Of a stretch of DNA of 64,000 nucleotides, positions 12,061-24,384 are shown one piece after another; the stretch's first letter is position 1; the number at the start of each line of letters is the position of its first letter. Origin of the DNA: Azolla caroliniana (lineage: Eukaryota; Plantae; Polypodiophyta); contig JBHGNT010000022.1 in the NCBI GenBank assembly GCA_043228905.1, positions 2,356,001 to 2,420,000 on the forward strand. The letters are read 5' to 3'. The notes beneath the pieces were generated by a model. It was not told the DNA's origin, did no database searches, and saw only the letters and a list, made by a program, of their open reading frames with translations. A program made the position numbers and the translations under genes.

Positions 12061-12113
12061 GACTCGAACTTTGCGCCTCCAAGATAAGAAGCAATAGGCT
12101 TACCATTAAGTCA
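12061..12113 (-). promoter_or_regulatory. tRNA-type Pol III A-box/B-box cassette in H LTR (antisense)
   Basis: Minus strand TGACTTAATGG-N33-GTTCGAGTC. Confidence 0.65.
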
Positions 12114-12921
12114 AATCATTTCTTTAGGGATTATATTTTTATCATTATAGCTTTACATGAAAATTCTCATATTAGAGCTTGATTGAGTGACATGTGATGC
12201 ATGAGCGCCAAATGGCAAACATACATCACATGCATTCCATGCATGTCTTGTACCCTCACATGCATCATATGCATGGGAGCATCTATAAAAGGGTGGATGA
12301 AAAAGACAAAAGGGAACAATGTAATAATCGAGAAATTAAAAGTAAGAAACTCGTTATCCAATTGATGTATCAATTTTGTTCTTCAAATCTAAAGTCAAGA
12401 ATTCAATCTTATTCTCTCTCAATCTAAAGTCAAGCGTTCTATCTTATGTTAATCTCTCTCTTTCAATCTATCTTTAAAAATACTTTCTCGCTAAAGCAAG
12501 AGCATACTTCGAATCCTTCTGGTCTAGAACCTCGGCGGTTCCGCCTCACAATTCGCGCCTAGTGAGGAATCTTCACGACACCACTCTAGTGCTTGCACAT
12601 CTCAATGGTCTTGCAACAAATTTTAAGGACTAGTATAAAAATTTCTCTTTAGGGCATTTGTATGTATAGAGTTTTTGATTATTTTGAAATTGAGTTTCTT
12701 GTGTTCTACTCTAACTCTATCTCTCCCGTGTACTATATTCAAGCTTTCCATTAAACCTTGACTTCCTTGTTTTGTTGTTATCCAGCTCTATCGGTTTTGT
12801 CTACCCTTTCACACATTCACTTTTATATGGTATCAAAGTGTGAGGGTTAAGAATCCTTTGTTGTTGACGAGTGACGCTTACAGACAAACCCTAATACTCT
12901 GTAGAGAACAAGAAGGAAAGA

Positions 12922-13340
12922 ATGGATAGAGGAATGGCTAGCTCGCTTCCAATGGAAAAGCTCGATAGAACCAACTACACATCTTGGTCTTACAAGATGC
13001 ACTGGTACCTGCTCGGGCTTGGCTACTGGAGTTATGTTGATGGAGATAACGATACAAAACCTAATGTGGCACACAAAGTCTATTCCTCTTGGGAATAAGC
13101 GGCAACCAGGATGTACTGCTTTGTGTCCAGTGTCGGCGATCAGCTCCTTAGCCATATCCAGGATGCCATGACACTAAAGGAAGCCTGGGTAAACCTGAAA
13201 AAGTTCTTCACCACAAGCACCACGGCCCGAAAGCTTCAACTCTGGCAAGAGTTGACCAACGTTCGATAGAAGGACATGTTGGTGGCCAGCTACATGACCT
13301 GTATTAAAGAGATTAGTTACTCCCTTGCCTCCATCAACAT
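12922..13340 (+). pseudogene. H copia Gag N-terminus
   Basis: Hand translation MDRGMASSLPMEKLDRTNYTSWSYKMHWYLLGLGYWSYVDG...KEAWVNLKK..., typical of a copia Gag N-terminus; two internal stops. Confidence 0.85.
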
Positions 13341-14659
13341 TGTCGTGCCTTTCGGCTCCGGATCGTTATGTGAGTCAGGCGAGAACCACTGAGGTTTTGG
13401 ACTAGGAGAAAAGAAAATTCTAAGGCAATTAAGAATATGAAATTTATTGTAAGAAAGAAAGATATGAAAAACTCGTGAATCCCACGAGTATAGTGTATTA
13501 GTGAGTACTCAGATTAAGAGAGAAAAATAGTTAGCAAATTCGTGAATCCCATGAATATATTATATTAATCAACCCTTGTAAAATAATCAACAACCTTATA
13601 CATATTTCTCTCCTCCTTATTGTGAAAGTGTTTTTAGAATCTAAGCCATTGAACATTAGGAGAATATAAAGTATAGATAATTCACCTTTTGAGGATAAGA
13701 ACACGAACTAAGACCTTAGGGAAGAAGTCAAAAGTAAAAGTACGAGACCAAGAGAAAAGTAAAAAGAGAAAACGCAGACTATAAAAAACAGTAAAAATAG
13801 AATGGTCATAACTCCCTCGTTGTTTATCCAAATATCACGTTTAAATATGGATTAGAAAGCTTGTAAAAAGCGCTTTCTATGGCTTTTTAAATCGCTTAAT
13901 TTGGATATCGGATGAGGGAGATATGACGATTAGAAGGTCGATGTATCATAGCTAAAAATAGGGAGATAAAAAGCTTCTAAAAATAGCATGAACGTGGATA
14001 AGAAGAGGAAGGTTATAAAAGAAGAAGTGAGATTAGTGAGGAGGGCTAAGAGTGAAGGTCAAAGAGTGGATGAAGAGTGTTAGGAAGAAGTGTCTTTGTG
14101 GAAGAGGAAGTGTCTTAGAAGAGGAAGGTCTTTGGTTTTAGTTCAATGTGGAGTTTGTCTCTTTTGTATTCTCTTGATGTTGGAATATCAGAACATTCTT
14201 ATTTCTTGCTCGCTTTCTCTATCTTTTTTCTTAGTTTCTTGAGTTATACTCTCTAATCATAATTACCTAGAGCTATATAATATATTATGATTTTCAACTC
14301 CATCTAATCGGTTTGGTCAAGCCCTCATATAGTGTATAACTATCTATTATCTTATACACCCTATCACTTATATAAGGATGGGAGAGGCTAAGCATGCTTC
14401 CTGCTTTCCCTAAAAGTTGTCACGCACACTAAATGTGCATGTGATGTTTTTTATTTATTTTTCAACCTTGCTTTTATTTGCTAAATATAGTGCTCATGCA
14501 CGCTAGATGTGCATGAGCAATATTTTATTGGTTTACATTTTTCTTATAAATAAAGTATTCACGAACTCTAAAAATGCATGACTTACCTTTTAAATAAAGG
14601 TAGACGTAAATAAAGGTCTTATAGGTATTAAATCTATACTTAGAACACTAAGGATAAGT

Positions 14660-14712
14660 TAGTACAATGGTAAGGTTGGGGTTTTTCTACGTGGAGGTAC
14701 AAGGTTTGAATC
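14660..14712 (+). promoter_or_regulatory. tRNA-type Pol III A-box/B-box cassette in F LTR (antisense to element)
   Basis: TAGTACAATGG-N33-GTTTGAATC (B-box probably CpG-decayed). Confidence 0.6.
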
Positions 14713-14873
14713 TTGCCCTATGCACGTAATAAATATTTTATTTTATTTATTATACTTACTTTAAATCGGATATAGTATTTTACATATTTCACGTAGTGTG
14801 TGATTCACACTACGACACTCGCCCCCTCCGAACCCGCACATCCTCCGGTATGTGCCGAAGTCCCCAATGCTTG

Positions 14874-16005
14874 CTATTCACCTTCATCCGAAGGTTCCAA
14901 CGATTCTCTCCTTAAGTCGACTATGAGTTGTAATCCACTTTCTTCGCTTTCCGCATCACCGGGATCTTCGTCCGATTGCTCCTCCTTGTCGGTCTTGTTT
15001 AGGATCATATAGGGTTCTTCATCAGTCCGCTTCTTGAAAATCTTCACCCGTTTCTCGGCTATAGGCACTCATAGCATCGTTCCATCCAACTCGTATAGTC
15101 GGTAAGTTCTGTTGTCGAAAACTTTCCGAACCTCGTATGGCCGGAACCACCTTTTTGCGAACTTCCTCATCGTTGTATGTTGATGATCCAAACTACTATC
15201 GTAGACAATCACCCAATCTCCTTCTTCAATTTTCTGCGGTCGTAGTCGGTGCTTTGTGTCAAACCGGCTTTTATTCCGGAATCGCACTTCTTGTTGTTGG
15301 CGTATTGCTTCCACTATGTCTTCCAGTCTTCCCTCTAGTTGTCGTATCCGGACCGCTAGTAGTTCTTCCCAGCTCATCTCTTCCTTCCACGGAAGCATTG
15401 TCCATGTCGCAATTGCGTTGTCCGTTGGCATTACCGGTGCTTGTTTGTTCATGAGTTCTGCTGGCATGTAACCGGTTACGGAGCTATGCGTCGTCCGATC
15501 TGCCCATAGTGCATACGGAAGCATTTGCAGTCAATCCTTCACCCTTCCATCGCATGCCTTCGCAAGTGCTTTGACGATCGGACTATGTCCTTGTTCGATC
15601 TTCCCGTTGGCTTCCGGATTGTATGTCGTTGTCAGTGTAAACCGAACTCCATGTTTGGCGAAGAATCCCCTAGCTTTGTCAAAGTCAAGTTCTCCCTGAT
15701 CCGCAATCACTTGTCCTACGCACCCATACCTGCAAAACACCTCCTACAAAAGAAATTGGCATACCGCAAAACACGTTTTCGTTCGTAGTGCTCGACCTTC
15801 TACTTGGTTTGTGAGATCTTCCCGAGCTAACACCAAGTACTTCTTTTGTCCGATCCCAGTCGACCATCCACTTGAAGTTGATTGTCGGTGAAAATGTCGT
15901 ATGTAATTCATCTCGGTGTCGAACCCCGGAGTAGACTTGACACTTCTCGCAGCTTCCCGTGAACTCCGCTACATCTTTGTACATATTCCTCCACCAATAT
16001 TTTTA
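14874..16005 (-). pseudogene. F integrase
   Basis: Motifs SCEKCQ, RYGCVGQVIADQGE, YNPEANGKIE, LPYALWADRTT, YRLYELDG; stops and frameshifts. Confidence 0.9.
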
Positions 16006-16036
16006 CGCTACATCTTTGTACATATTCCGCTACATC

Positions 16037-16317
16037 TTTACAAATATGTCTCTTCATCCGGTCTTCACCGGGTCTGTATCATCCGGTTCTTCGTAGCCGG
16101 GTACTCCTCATCCAGTTCACACCGGGCCTGCACCATCCGGCTCTCCGTAGCTGGGTACTCTTCATCCGGTCTTCACCGGGTCTCTATCATCCGGCTCTCC
16201 GTAGCCGGGTACTCCTCATCCAGTTCACACCGGGTCTGTACCATCCGGCTCTCCGTAGCCGGGTACTCTTCATCCGGTTCTTCTCCCTTCCCATCCGGAG
16301 GGACCTGTCTCCCAACA
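16037..16317 (-). repeat. Partial LTR (U3) of copia family B with variant tandem repeat
   Basis: Ends GGACCTGTCTCCCAACA (reverse complement of the B LTR start); repeat units related to the 54-bp unit. Confidence 0.85.
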
Positions 16318-16322
16318 AATTC

Positions 16323-18101
16323 CACACTAGTCCGACCGGAATCAGATGGGTTATCAATCAAGAAGACGAAGATTGCAACCAATATGCAATTCTGTTTGGC
16401 GTGAAAGTGTTAAGTGATAGGCAAAGAAGGTATGTCCAAGTGAAGAGGGAGCTATGGGGAATTGTGTCGGCGATCAAGTCTGATCGTGACTACCTTATTA
16501 GAGCAAAAGTCATAATTGAGACATATTGTTTACCAATCTTGGGTATGATATTTGGTTGTAGTACACCAGATATTGTCATATTATGATGGATCCCATTTAT
16601 CAAATCACTCAACCCGGAGATCCGTCATATAGCTGGGAAGCGTAATGTCGTTGCAGACATGCTATCATGAGCGAGATACGACGGAGAAGAAGATCGCCAT
16701 TCTGATGAAGAGGATGTTGGCTTGGACTTCTTTACAAGTTCCTACGCTCGGGTGCTAACTACTTTCATAGAGGAAGACTACAAGGACGAGTTCATGGAGA
16801 TCGGGAAATTCTTGAGTTCTCTCCAAGAGATTCATGAATCTTCGTTGACGGAAGACTTCCACCAAATTCGAAAGAAGGCGTACAAGTATTTCCTTAAGGA
16901 TGGAGCTCTTTGGAGGCATGCGAAAAAGAAGAATGGGACACCAATGAGAGTTGACTACAAGCTCGAAGACCAACAAAAACTGATGTCCGAATTTCAAGAT
17001 AGTGTTTTTGCAGGCCACGTTTGCAAAACTTAAGGAGAAATATTGGTGGCCAGGCATCTACAAGGATGTAGCAACTTATGTGGAAACATGTAAGGAATGT
17101 CAGATGTTTTCTAATATTTGCCACCGAGATGAACTTCATCTGACTTATCCGTTGGCTATGCATTAAAAGTGAATGGTGGACATCGTAATGATGCCAATGG
17201 GGCAATGGAAGATGAGGTATCGTGTGCTCGCGAGAGAGGATCTTACCAATCAAGTTGAAGGGCGAGTATTCAGAACTAAGGAAATATAATTAGTATGCAG
17301 ATTCCTTCTTGAAGATGTTAGTTACTGATATGGATGCGTTGGCAAGATAGTGGCGGATAGAGGCGAGCTGGATGCCAATGAAGCTCGAGAATTCTTTTCC
17401 AGGATGAGAATCAAGTTATCTCTTACCACGACGTATAATACGGACGCGAATGGGAAAGTGGAATGTGGACATGGACCGATGTTGAAGGCTCAAGTGAAAG
17501 CTTGCCGTGGGAAAATAGGAGAATGTCCGCGTCTATTGCCATTTGCACTATGTGCTAACAGGACTACTCATAGCACGGTGACGAGATACATGCCGACTGA
17601 TCTCATATTCGGACAGAAGCCGATAATGCCAATGGAACAAAGTATTGCATCATGGCTGGTATTGCCATGGCAAGATGAGATAAGCAGAGAAGATCTACTA
17701 ACATTGAGGATTCAACAGTTGGAGAAGAAGTCGGCAGATATAGAAGTGGCTAAAGCACGACTAAAGAATGCACAAGGGTAAAGAATAGAAAAGACTTCGA
17801 CTGACGACATTGACTTCGTCCGAGGAAAATCGTTGAAGGAGATTGGGTGCTAGTCTACGACAGTAGCCTAGACAACCAACACAATACAGTTCGGAAATTT
17901 TCGCAACGATGGTTTGGACCAGATGTGGTGAAGAAAGTGGAAGATAATACGACATATCATTTAGCAAAACGGGATGGTACATCACTTGCTTTGCCAATTT
18001 CCGGGCAAAAAATCAAGATCTTCAAGAGAAGAGATAGAATGGAAATCAGATTCAAAGCTTTATACAATTTTGTGTTAGGAATCGACGACAAAGTAGAGTA
18101 A
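16323..18101 (+). pseudogene. Fungal-like gypsy family G RNase H-integrase, heavily decayed
   Basis: Motifs YVQVKRELWGIV, ADRGELDA, LPFALCANRTT, YHLAKRDG; homologous to C1 and F pol; PPT GGTGGGGGTGAA before 18166. Confidence 0.88.
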
Positions 18102-18165
18102 TAAAAAGAGGAACCTCACCACAATTGGCACATACCGGTGGATGTGCAGGTTTGGTGGGGGTGAA

Positions 18166-18518
18166 TGTCATGTGGTTCTTCACACACAATATGAAAAATA
18201 ATGAAAATAATTATTTTAGTTTATCTTAATGGCTTGGTATGAAAAGATGGATATCTTCAAGAGCTTCCGAACGCATTTTACTACATATGAAACGGACAAC
18301 TAAGTATCAAGTTATGTGAGTATGAAGTTTGACAAGATGGGGAAACAAAACTGAGAAAAATCTCACATAGACAGGAAAACATCGGATCCAACATTATATA
18401 AGTAGAGCCAAAACCCATCTACTCATATTTGAGTGTTCTAGAGTGATTCATAGTGCACAGGTTGTTCGTAGTGCACGGGCCGTTTGTAGCGCTCCTAGTG
18501 CACGACCCGTTTTCATGG
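18166..18518 (+). repeat. G 3' LTR, first part (interrupted by C1; resumes at 55561)
   Basis: TGTCA directly after the PPT; TAGTGCACGGGCC repeats on both sides of the C1 insertion. Confidence 0.7.
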
Positions 18519-19138
18519 TGTTGTGGAGAAAACCGTCCCTAGGAGGAATCAGTGGATGGTGTGCGGGAACCGACCCTTACACACGGGCACATGTTTGGAT
18601 GTATTTACATACATAGTTAAGTATAGGTCAGCGATGTAATTATCCTAGGTAGCACGAATTCATTAAGTAGGGAATCGAAGAGGATCTCTATTCGAAAGGA
18701 CAGAGAATAATAGTGATTTAACAGTCTGTAAACGACTCTCTCTCATTGTGCTATAAAAGGAGAGGAAAAGGGCCTTATTAGGGATCACACATTTTGAGGG
18801 GACGAAGTGTTGTGGGATTGGGAACCGAGCTCTCTCCCCCACAATCGTTGTTGTTTCTACAGGGATTTTGGGTTAGGTTGGTTGCCTCTGCTGCATGAAA
18901 GCCCACGTGCTTCCAATAGAGGCTCCACCACGTATTTTAGTGCGTGTGTTCGTCTGTCACCGGCTTGCCGGTTGTAACATTGTAGGCTTTGTAATATATA
19001 CTGTTATTGGAATTGATTCTTTCATTTTTGTCTCTCTGTGTTTCTGCGAATCTCTCTCCCTCTTCTCTCTCACGCTCCTCGGTTCAGGGACCCCGCAATC
19101 CCGCCTTATTTCATACACGTGAGCATAACAACGCGACA
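18519..19138 (+). repeat. C1 5' LTR (620 bp)
   Basis: TGT(T/C)GTGGAGAAAACC...GCGACA; TATAAAAGG at ~18752; matches the split 3' LTR. Confidence 0.92.
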
Positions 19139-19141
19139 TAT

Positions 19142-19160
19142 TGGTGAACCCGACATGAAT
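19142..19160 (+). promoter_or_regulatory. C1 primer-binding site, tRNA-Trp-like
   Basis: TGGTGAACCCGACATGAAT, 3 nt after the LTR; matches the complement of the plant tRNA-Trp(CCA) 3' end (recalled from memory as TGGTGAACCCGACGTGAAT) at 18/19. Confidence 0.75.
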
Positions 19161-19164
19161 TAAG

Positions 19165-22100
19165 GTGGCAGAGGAATCGAAAATAAGGGGATCAGAGCTC
19201 GTTGAAGCCATGGAGGCAATGGTCGATTGGATAGTAAGTGCTCGCGAGGGCATGGGCGCCCTCGACAGGGCAATCAAAGCAATTGTCGGCACAATAGGCC
19301 GGTTCGATGGGAAGGACGCCATGAGTTATTTGGTGGCCTACCGGGCCGAAATGGTGATGAGGGACATCCCGGAGGAGAGGCATCTGGCTGGGTTCCCTCG
19401 GGTAGCGACACCGGGCATCCACGCAGAGGTGCTCGAGGTGCAGGCTGGATGCCGGACTTGGGGGGAATTTGAAGCGCGGCTCCTCGAACGGTACAAGCTT
19501 GATGACATGCTTCGGTTATCGATCAAGGACTTTATGGATTGGGTGGAGACCTTAGGAAAGGCGAGGAATGCGTCGGTGCTCCTCTAGGAGTTTGAGGAAC
19601 TCTGAGCATGCCTCTGAGCATTGGACAGGACCGTACTGGACACGAGTCGTGCCGTTTTATTCGTCAAAGTTGTGGATGTGCGGGATCGGGAGCAAGTGGG
19701 TCTCCTGCTGGAGATGGACGATGAGTTGACGACCGACTGGGTTGTGCTAAAAAGGGTCTACAGCCTCGCGACCGAAGGCCTCCGCGTGGGCATCGATGCT
19801 TGTGGTGTGACGCGGCCGGTCACGTCTGGAAGGACTGCATGGACTTGATAGAAGAATTAACGGCTAATATAGATGGAAGAAGCGGCGGCCCGCCACTTGG
19901 AGACCATCCACTACTCGGTGTCGATAGGGATCCGGGTTGGGAGTGACGAAGGCCGGAAGACGAAGGAGTCCGGGTTCTGGCCGGTGGTGCTAGAAGGCCT
20001 CGCCGACGTGCGGGTGAGAAGGGAGGAACTGAACCGTGCGGAAAGACGGGTCCGAGAGGTCACCGGGTGGAGTGATCTAGTTGAAGAAAAGATCGCGTTT
20101 GTGGAAACCGTGTGCCAGAACTACGAAGTTTTGGTAGAAGACAAGTGTGCGGAAAAAGCCAGGGGAGCCGGACCCTCACAGCGGTATGACGTTGATGCTG
20201 CCGGCACACCGGATAAAGCAAAGAAAGTCGGTTACCGGTTGAGCATTGAGATAGAAAGAACGACGGACCTGCGGAAGGTCCTTAAGGAACGAATCCTCGA
20301 TGGCAAGGTGGAGTTGTCGCTGAGGGAAGTGCTCAGGATTGCCAGGAAATAATTTCATGACTCCATCGTGGACTTAGTGAAGCGAAAAAGGTTTTTGATG
20401 GAACCGGAGCCGGAAAGGCTAGTTGAGGTGCAAATGACGCACCTAGAAGACATGGCCCTGGAGGACGAGTTGGCGAAAAGCCAGTACTCAAAGCTGCATT
20501 GGGCAAGAGCCACTACGGAGACCCCGGTTATGATCGGGGACGTTCAGGAGGTGGTGGTAGCATTGGTAGAAGACGTTTCAGAGATCAACTTGATGTCCAT
20601 GGACTTCTACAAGAAGGGCAAGTGGCCGATCAACACCAAGCACGGGTAGAAATTACGAACGGCAATGCGCACCATGGAAGAGCTACATGGGGCCTGCCCG
20701 AATGTGTGGGTGAAAATCGGTGAAGTCGAGATCAACCAACACTTCTTCGTGCAGGAGACATCCTTGCATCCAGTGATACTCGGAGAACTGTACATTATGG
20801 CAACGCGTATCGAGAGGAAAGTGCTGGATAACGGTTCGGCGTACACACGCGTGAAGAGCCAAGATGGACGACACTCCGTCCAATTCCTGACCGTGCGACC
20901 AAACCATGAACACAACTGCGAGACCCTTGGCGGTGAAAGTCGAGGGGATTTTTAGAGAGGGCTATCAAGGCGTGGCGCCACGATAGTTCGGACACCCCAA
21001 AGGATCCCCACACCTGTACCATAGGTCGGAAGTTTTGGTTCTCCGATAGCGGAGGTTGTACAGTAGCTGGCATCATTTGCCGGGAGAAGAAGCGGGTAGA
21101 GGAACGACTCAGGATATGTAGAGTCCTCGCCCCCGATGAGGAAATTAGTGGTGCCGTGGATATGGTCTCTTTCGACGATACCCTCGGGGAAATCGGGAAG
21201 GTGATCGAAGAAGGCCTCAGTGAAGACCGGCTGATTCCGGTTAACTTTGTGGAAATGTACGAAGTCATTTCCGACTTCGGGGAAAGGGTTAGCTCGGATC
21301 GGACGACCTGCGTGTATACAAGGTACAAGAATGTGGACCGGAAGGTAAGGCCAGTCGTGGCACCCTTGTCAGAGGGCACCTAAACCCCTAAACCCCAGGC
21401 GTGAGACCCAAGTTTGCGGAATCCGGCCGGCATAGGACACTGGTTCACCAACATAACACTACGGGAGCTCAAGATTGGTGGGGGTGGAGGAGGACAGGTT
21501 TCGGGGAATCCTCGGAAGGTACAGGAAGGCCTTCGCGTTCGCGCCGGGGGAGATCGGGTGCGTGGACCCGACGATCGTGGAACCAATGATGATCTTCACG
21601 GTACTGCATGTATCGTGGAATCTCAAGGCAATTCTAGTACCCAAAGCTCACATCCCGAAGTTGATGGAGCTGCTAAAGCAGAGGGTGGAGATGGGCATCC
21701 TCGAGCCGTCGAGTGCCCCATATTCAAACTGGTGGTTTACTGTGCCAAAGAAGAACGGCACGCTGCGCTTCATTCAGGACCTGCAACCGGTCAATAAAGT
21801 GACCATTCGAAATGCAGGTATCGGGCCAACCATTGGCGAGTTTGCGGAGGCCTTTGCCGGAAGGTCGATCTATTCGGTCGGGGACCTATTCTTGTCGTAC
21901 GACTAGTTCCAACTAGCTATGGAGAGCAGGGATATTACGACGATGCGAACTCCTCTCGGCCTAGTGCATATGTGTACCTTGCCGCAAGGAGGGACCAACT
22001 TGGTGGCGCACATGGTGAACACTATGAACAAAGTGCTGAGAGACTGCATCCCGGACATCACCATGCCGTTTTTGGATGACATATCGATAAAAGCATGTCC

Positions 22101-22626
22101 GACGGAGGATAATTGCATCGAACGGTTTCCGGAGGTTTGTTGCGGACCACATCAAAGACTGCGAAAAGGTGCTACAAAGGCTAGAGAGTGCGCGACTCAC
22201 CTTCTCCGGAGAAAAATCGTCTTTCGGTCAATCAGAAATCTTAGTGGTTGGTCACTTGTGCGAGCCTTATGGCCGGAAACCGTCTCTGGCAAAGGTCGAA
22301 GCCATTTCCGCAATGAAGCAGGAATGCAAGTCGGTAACAGAGGTGCGGAGGTTCCTAGGGGCATGTGCGTTCTACCACATCTGGGTTCCGCATTACGTGC
22401 ACATCGCGGAACCGCTCTACGGGCTGTTAAAGAAAGGGCACAAAGTCGACTAGGGCGAGGAACATATAGAGTCGGTCCGGAGACTGAAAGAAGCACTAAC
22501 CGTGGCACCGACACTCCGTAAAGCGGTTTACGGCAAAGACGTTCCGATCTATGTAACCGTAGATACGAGCCCGACTGGGATAGGATGGGTGATCAGTCAA
22601 GAAGACGAGGGCGGCACACGGTTCCC
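19165..22626 (+). pseudogene. C1 gag-protease and RT/RNase H N-part
   Basis: Gag GRFDGKDA; decayed protease ALVEDVSEINL...VILG; RT VPKKNGTLRFIQDL, LPQG, PFLDDI; many lesions and internal deletions. Confidence 0.88.
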
Positions 22627-23088
22627 TGTTACCCGGCCGACAAGAAGGCTTAAGGAGGTCTAAACCAGAGTGTGAAAGGAATAGTTTATTCGGGAACTGT
22701 TGTAATTAGTAGTCTTAATATATATTAATATATGAGAAGATGTGGACGGACGGACCGGAATCGGTATGCCGATCCGGATCTGGACCGATCCCGAAATAGG
22801 TGCCTTTTGGCACCGTTTTCTACTTCGCATCGGAGACCTATATAAAGGCCCGGTTATAATGTAATCGACAACGTATAATTAATATAACTTATTACCTTAA
22901 TCTTTCAGTATTGATTACCGTTCTGTACTCATTGTTATATCTTACGCGTGTTAATGATGTGTTGCAAAGTAATTGATTAAGGTCTAATTAAACGTTGAGT
23001 CGTAAGTCATCCTACCATAACACCATTTGGTGAAGTGTCTTAAGTGGACACCCTGTGTTAGGCTATTGTCTGGCCCCTAGGATTAACA
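22627..23088 (+). repeat. E 5' LTR
   Basis: Direct repeat of 46461-46907; TATATAAAG at ~22839. Confidence 0.93.
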
Positions 23089-23095
23089 CAGTTTT

Positions 23096-23106
23096 TGGCG
23101 ACCACA
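23096..23106 (+). promoter_or_regulatory. E primer-binding site, tRNA-Arg-like
   Basis: TGGCGACCACA, 7 nt after the LTR; complement of ...GTGGTCGCCA, the 3' end of plant tRNA-Arg(UCG) as I recall it. Family A has the same core (38118-38127 minus; 56448-56457). Confidence 0.7.
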
Positions 23107-23143
23107 ATTCCTACACAATCGCAGTGAACAGTTGCGGGAATGG

Positions 23144-24384
23144 ATGACTAGGCCAACAGACGACCCGATTACGGAGAGAGCACGAAGACTTGCTGAACGA
23201 CGAAGGCGGTGAGAGGCTTTCCAGCAAGCAGAGGAAGAAATCTGATCGGATCGATCATTTTCCAAAGTGATCCGGAAAGTGGCGGAGGAGTCGCTCTGTC
23301 TGCAACCAAACGCCTACCCGGACGAAGGAAGCAGCTTAAGCAGCCTCCAAGAAGCGGAATCCCTTCTCTAGGCCTTGGCTAGAAGAGACGGCGAATCCGA
23401 AGCATTTTTAGCGCTGGAATCGGATTCGGAAGGGGGTTATAGCGCGCACACGAACTATCGCAACAGTAACGACACCCCAGGAGGACCGGAGGACGAGGCG
23501 TCGGATACATTACCGACACCAGAACCAGAGTTGGCAGACCGGGAACCTCCGACACTAGATGTGGAGCAACCGCCAGAGATGGAAGAAGACCAGCAAAAAC
23601 CTCCAACACCGGAAGTCGAGCTGGCAACACCAAAGGAAGACCGACAAAGACCTCCGACGCTGACGGAACACCAGGAAAGACCACTGACACTGCCAGCCCG
23701 CGTATCGATACCGGACGACGACATGTTGTTCCAGTACTCCAAGTATAGGGATGATCCGGATGCGGAGGCTCATGTTCAAGCATTTCAACAAACATGGGAG
23801 GCGAACCATGTGTCACAACGGTTAACCGCGACAGAAGAGGAACGATCTAAGATAGCCGAATTCGGCATGACATTGGAAGGACCGGCCGCCAGATGGCACC
23901 GGACGCAGGACCCCACCACCATCACCACCTTTGCGGACCTGAAAGATAAATTCTTGCACTTCTCCCAGAAGGAGGTGGACCAGAGAGAAATGGTGGGCCT
24001 ATTTTATACCATCCGGCAGGACCCCGGGGAGAGCATTCCGCAGTTTGTCATCTGATTTCAACGGATGCACAGTCACCTTACCTACGCACCTCCGAAGGAA
24101 GAAACACGGGCTATATTCTTAGCCGTGCTATGAGAACCTCTACGAACGGTATGCACGGTAATCGACTTTCGCACAAGCACCGTCGACCAGGTCATCGACC
24201 GGGTTAGAGAAATGGAGAAAACGAGCTCTTGGCTAACAATGGGAGCCCTTCAAATGGGAGCCCTTCAACCGATGAGGATATCCGGTTCCGGCAAGCAATC
24301 CAATGCACAACCTGCCTGAATTCTGGACACTCGTCACTGGAGTGCACCGTGCGGACGCACTGCTTACTCTGCCAATCTACGAGC
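23144..24384 (+). pseudogene. E gag N-part
   Basis: MTRPTDDPITER..., KYRDDPDAEAHV, EFGMTLEGPAARW and CTTCLNSGH, all homologous to A Gag. Confidence 0.9.

Larger units (their letters stand above)
12052..13340 (+). mobile_element. Ty1/copia family H 5' fragment: LTR (~12052-12827), PBS and gag start
   Basis: TGTAA...TTATA (decayed TTACA) termini; TATAAAAG at ~12284; degenerate iMet PBS TGGTATCAAAGT at 12828-12839; copia Gag follows; interrupted at 13341 by the F LTR. Confidence 0.75.
13341..16005 (-). mobile_element. Fungal-like Ty3/gypsy family F, 3' fragment (integrase, PPT, 1477-bp 3' LTR 13341-14817)
   Basis: LTR termini TGTCGT...ACGACA; purine tract GGAGGGGGCGAG on the minus strand next to 14817; integrase upstream. 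Confidence 0.85.
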
